Part shown: positions 61,040 to 64,000 of the stretch, piece after piece
Layout of the letters: each line of letters begins with the position of its first letter
Numbering within the stretch: position 1 is the stretch's first letter
Assembly (NCBI GenBank): GCA_045606105.1
Contig: JAZURI010000007.1
Coordinates: forward strand, 32,001-96,000
Source of the DNA: Spirochaetia bacterium
Lineage (GTDB): Bacteria > Spirochaetota > Spirochaetia > CADAEX01
Reading direction: 5' to 3'
Length of the DNA stretch: 64,000 bases
Translations under genes and position numbers: made by a program
The notes under the pieces: generated by a model
What the model was told of the DNA's origin: nothing
Seen by the model: only the letters and a program-made list of their open reading frames with translations
Database searches by the model: none

Positions 61040-62775
61040 TGATGGATCTGGAGAATAATTCTGCCATTAAAAAACTGATTGAATACGGAAAATCAAAGAA
61101 AAAGCTTTCTTATGAAGATATAAACGAAATACTTCCTGCCGATATTGTCTCTTCCGAAAAAATCGATGAAATCATAATGCTTCTGGAAAAAAACAACATT
61201 CTTATCGAGGGTGATAAGGATTTTGAAGAGGAAGACGATGAGGATGAGGACGATGAGGATGAGGACGGAGAATCAGGGAAAGTCCTGACAGGTGACAAGG
61301 ACGGTACCATAGATGACCCCATCAGGCTCTATCTCCGTGAAATAGGACGGGAAAGCCTTCTTTCCGCAGATCAGGAGGTAGACCTTTCCAAAAAGATGGA
61401 AGATGGTGAAAACATTCTCAAGAGGGTAATCAGGGAATCGGGAATCATTATTCCTGAATTCTACAAGCTTTCCCAGAAGACCTTCTCCAAGGTGGATCCC
61501 AAGGACCCTGAAATGTCCAAGAAGGAGCTTTCCGATTTCATGGCTGAAAGAAGAAGGCTTAACCAGTTCTACAAGGATTCACTCAAGGATGTGACCCCGG
61601 CTCTCAAATCATATATCGAGCTCAAGAACAAGATTCTGACCATGGGAGGGAATATACTTGAAGATCCGACTCTCAGGAAAAAGGCAAAGAACATTACAGC
61701 CCATCTCAGGGATATTGAGCTTCATACCGAAGAGATAACAAAGTTTTCGGAAAAGTTCATTTCCACAGCGAAGAAAATAGAAAAGTGCATGGGAGAGCAG
61801 AAAAAGCTGGAAAAATGCCTCCACATCAAGGATATCAAGGAGCTCAGGAACCTGGGACGCTGCCTTGCCACTGCCTCAAAGAGACGCGAGATCGAGGAAA
61901 GCCTGGGAATGCCGTCTGAGGAGATCAAGGAAAAGATAAGGATTATCCAGGTAAACGAGAAGAAGCTCCGCACCATCGAGGCCGATTTCGAGAACTCCAT
62001 CGATGACATCATGAAGATGGCAGAAGAGATTGAAAAAGGCATGTCCATGATGAAAAATGCCAAAAATAAGCTTATAAAGGCAAACTTGAGACTTGTAGTA
62101 AGTATTGCCAAGAAGTATACTAACAGAGGACTTCAGTTCTTCGACCTGGTACAGGAAGGAAATATAGGTCTTATCAAGGCTGTTGAGAAATTCGAATACC
62201 GCAAGGGATACAAGTTTTCAACCTATGCCACATGGTGGATCAGACAGGCTATTACCAGATCCATTTCAGATCAGGCCAGAACCATCAGGGTTCCTGTTCA
62301 CATGATTGAGCAGATAAACAAGGTGGTGCGTGAATCCAGGCAGATGATGCAGCTTCTGGGCAGGGAGCCTACCGATGATGAAATTGCGGAAAGGCTGGGC
62401 TGGGAAGTAAAGAAGGTAAAGTCTGTCAAGAGCGTGGCCAGAGAGCCTATTTCCCTGGAGACACCGATCGGAGAGGAGGAGGATTCCCTTCTCGGAGACT
62501 TTATCGAGGACAAGGATGCCGAGAACCCGGCAACAAATACTGCATACAAGATGCTGCAGGATAATATGAGCGAGGTTCTCAAGGAGATTCCGCCGAGAGA
62601 GCAGGAGGTTCTTAAAATGAGATTCGGTCTGGAGGACGGATATCCTCTGACATTGGAAGAGGTGGGTCTCTATTTTAATGTAACCCGTGAAAGAATAAGA
62701 CAGATTGAAGCCAAGGCCCTCAGAAGGCTCAGACTTCCTCAGAGAAGCTGCCGTCTTAAGGACTATATTGAGTAA
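61039..62775 (+). CDS. rpoD: primary sigma factor RpoD
   Basis: [47 protein letters not shown]. Confidence 0.98.
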   Translation: MMDLENNSAIKKLIEYGKSKKKLSYEDINEILPADIVSSEKIDEIIMLLEKNNILIEGDKDFEEEDDEDEDDEDEDGESGKVLTGDKDGTIDDPIRLYLREIGRESLLSADQEVDLSKKMEDGENILKRVIRESGIIIPEFYKLSQKTFSKVDPKDPEMSKKELSDFMAERRRLNQFYKDSLKDVTPALKSYIELKNKILTMGGNILEDPTLRKKAKNITAHLRDIELHTEEITKFSEKFISTAKKIEKCMGEQKKLEKCLHIKDIKELRNLGRCLATASKRREIEESLGMPSEEIKEKIRIIQVNEKKLRTIEADFENSIDDIMKMAEEIEKGMSMMKNAKNKLIKANLRLVVSIAKKYTNRGLQFFDLVQEGNIGLIKAVEKFEYRKGYKFSTYATWWIRQAITRSISDQARTIRVPVHMIEQINKVVRESRQMMQLLGREPTDDEIAERLGWEVKKVKSVKSVAREPISLETPIGEEEDSLLGDFIEDKDAENPATNTAYKMLQDNMSEVLKEIPPREQEVLKMRFGLEDGYPLTLEEVGLYFNVTRERIRQIEAKALRRLRLPQRSCRLKDYIE

Positions 62776-62789
62776 GGAGTATAAGGATT

Positions 62790-63857
62790 ATGATGCAGGA
62801 TGTTTTTGAAAAATTGCAGGCTTTACAGGAAGTACTTGAATGCAAGTACAATGTTGAAAGAGAGCTTGAAGAAATTCCTAAGGCAATAAATACAAAAAAA
62901 GAGCTTGTTGCAAGACTCAAGAAGCAGTTTATCGAGAAGAGTGAGCTTCTTGAAAAGAAGCAGCTTAAGGTAAAAGATCTTAAATCCAGACTCAAGGATG
63001 CTGAGGAAAGACGTGGCAAATACGAAAGGGATATGGATATAATCAAGACCCAGAAGGAATATGAGGTTCTTGACAAGGCAATCAAGGATACAATTCTCGA
63101 AGAGCAGCAGCTCCGCAAGGAACTTCTCAAGGAAGAGAAGGAGACTGAAGAGCAGAATCTTACAGTAGAAAGGGAACAGAATCTTATCAACAGCCAGGAG
63201 GAGGAACTCAGGGCCGAAGAGGAAAAGATTGCTGCCGAAAGCGATACAAAGAAGGCTGAGCTTGAAGAGCTCAACAGAAAGAAGGATGAAATCAGCGAAG
63301 GTCTTGATGATGAAATTCTTTTCAAGTTTGAAAGAATCATCAAAAGCAAGGAGGGAGGACACGGTATTGTTCCTGTAAAGGGACTTGTTTGTTCAGCCTG
63401 TCACATGATTCTTCCTGCACAGTTCGTAAATGATGTACGCCAGGGCAATTCCATCATGTTCTGCCCATACTGCAGCAGAATTCTCTTCTATGTTGAATCT
63501 GAAAACGAAGAAGAAATGACATTCAGCTATAATGAAGACCTCGGTTTCTTCGAGGATGATGAGGAAAATTCATACGAAGACGAAGAGAATCCATACGATG
63601 ATGAAGACAGCTATTCTGAAGATGGAGAGGATGAGGATACTTCAATCGACACCGAAAACGAAGATGATTACTACGACGATGAAACTGCCGAAGAGCAGGA
63701 TGAAATGCTCGAAGGCGAAGAATTCGGCGATGATTTCGATGAAGAATACGGTGAAGAAGACGAAGAAGACGAAGACGGTTTCGATGATGATAGCCTCGAT
63801 GAAATGGGCGAAGACGAGGATGAAGACGACGAAGAGGACGAGGACGACGAGGAGTAA
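62790..63857 (+). CDS. coiled-coil + C4 Zn-ribbon protein (CT398/HP0958-like) with a long acidic tail
   Basis: Long coiled coil, CSACHM.LP...N.VR...FCPYCSRILF, then a D/E-rich tail; lies after rpoD. Confidence 0.85.
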   Translation: MMQDVFEKLQALQEVLECKYNVERELEEIPKAINTKKELVARLKKQFIEKSELLEKKQLKVKDLKSRLKDAEERRGKYERDMDIIKTQKEYEVLDKAIKDTILEEQQLRKELLKEEKETEEQNLTVEREQNLINSQEEELRAEEEKIAAESDTKKAELEELNRKKDEISEGLDDEILFKFERIIKSKEGGHGIVPVKGLVCSACHMILPAQFVNDVRQGNSIMFCPYCSRILFYVESENEEEMTFSYNEDLGFFEDDEENSYEDEENPYDDEDSYSEDGEDEDTSIDTENEDDYYDDETAEEQDEMLEGEEFGDDFDEEYGEEDEEDEDGFDDDSLDEMGEDEDEDDEEDEDDEE

Positions 63858-63861
63858 ATCT

Positions 63862-64000
63862 GAGCAGGTCCTGTTATCGCCGGCATGAGAATGCGGGAGG
63901 AAAGTCCGGGCTCCGCAGAGCATGATGCCAGTTAACGGCTGGATGTATCTCCGGTATCTGCCGGAGGTGCAATAGAGAGTGCCACAGAAAATATACTGCC
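63862..64000 (+). ncRNA. rnpB: RNase P RNA, 5' part (truncated by the window edge)
   Basis: GAGGAAAGTCCGGGCTCC (from 63897) and AGTGCCACAGAAAA conserved blocks; exact 5' end approximate. Confidence 0.92.

Noticed and set aside
61225-61270. GAG/GAT-rich low-complexity tract
   Set aside because: It encodes the normal acidic linker after RpoD region 1.1 and is not a repeat element.

Overview
A housekeeping-dense window of a bacterial chromosome, most likely a spirochaete. This is inferred from gene order (tRNA-Thr-rpmG-tRNA-Trp-secE-nusG, no fusA between rpsG and tuf, secY directly followed by rpmJ, dnaG-rpoD-Zn-ribbon-rnpB) and from tRNA genes that lack an encoded CCA. 1-17 kb holds nucleotide-salvage, RNA-modification and amino-acid genes, a probable major outer-membrane protein, a stand-alone trpB and a divergent sigma-like gene. 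A ~1.4 kb integrase-free cassette (Xre-HTH + HipA/CtkA-like kinase) sits at the 3' end of tRNA-Arg(CCT) between direct repeats, and the kinase appears to have taken its last codons and stop from a duplicate of the pheA 3' end. 17-24 kb is a TRAP transporter + Zn-dependent dehydrogenase + orphan sensor kinase module. 24-51 kb is one contiguous ribosomal/RNA-polymerase super-cluster, with a densely structured 306-nt spacer where fusA usually lies. 51-64 kb holds rny-ymdB-tlyA, two tRNAs, mltG, dnaG-rpoD, a Zn-ribbon protein with a 120-aa acidic tail, and the 5' part of RNase P RNA. All calls come from reading the sequence and recalled family motifs; no searches or folding computations were run.
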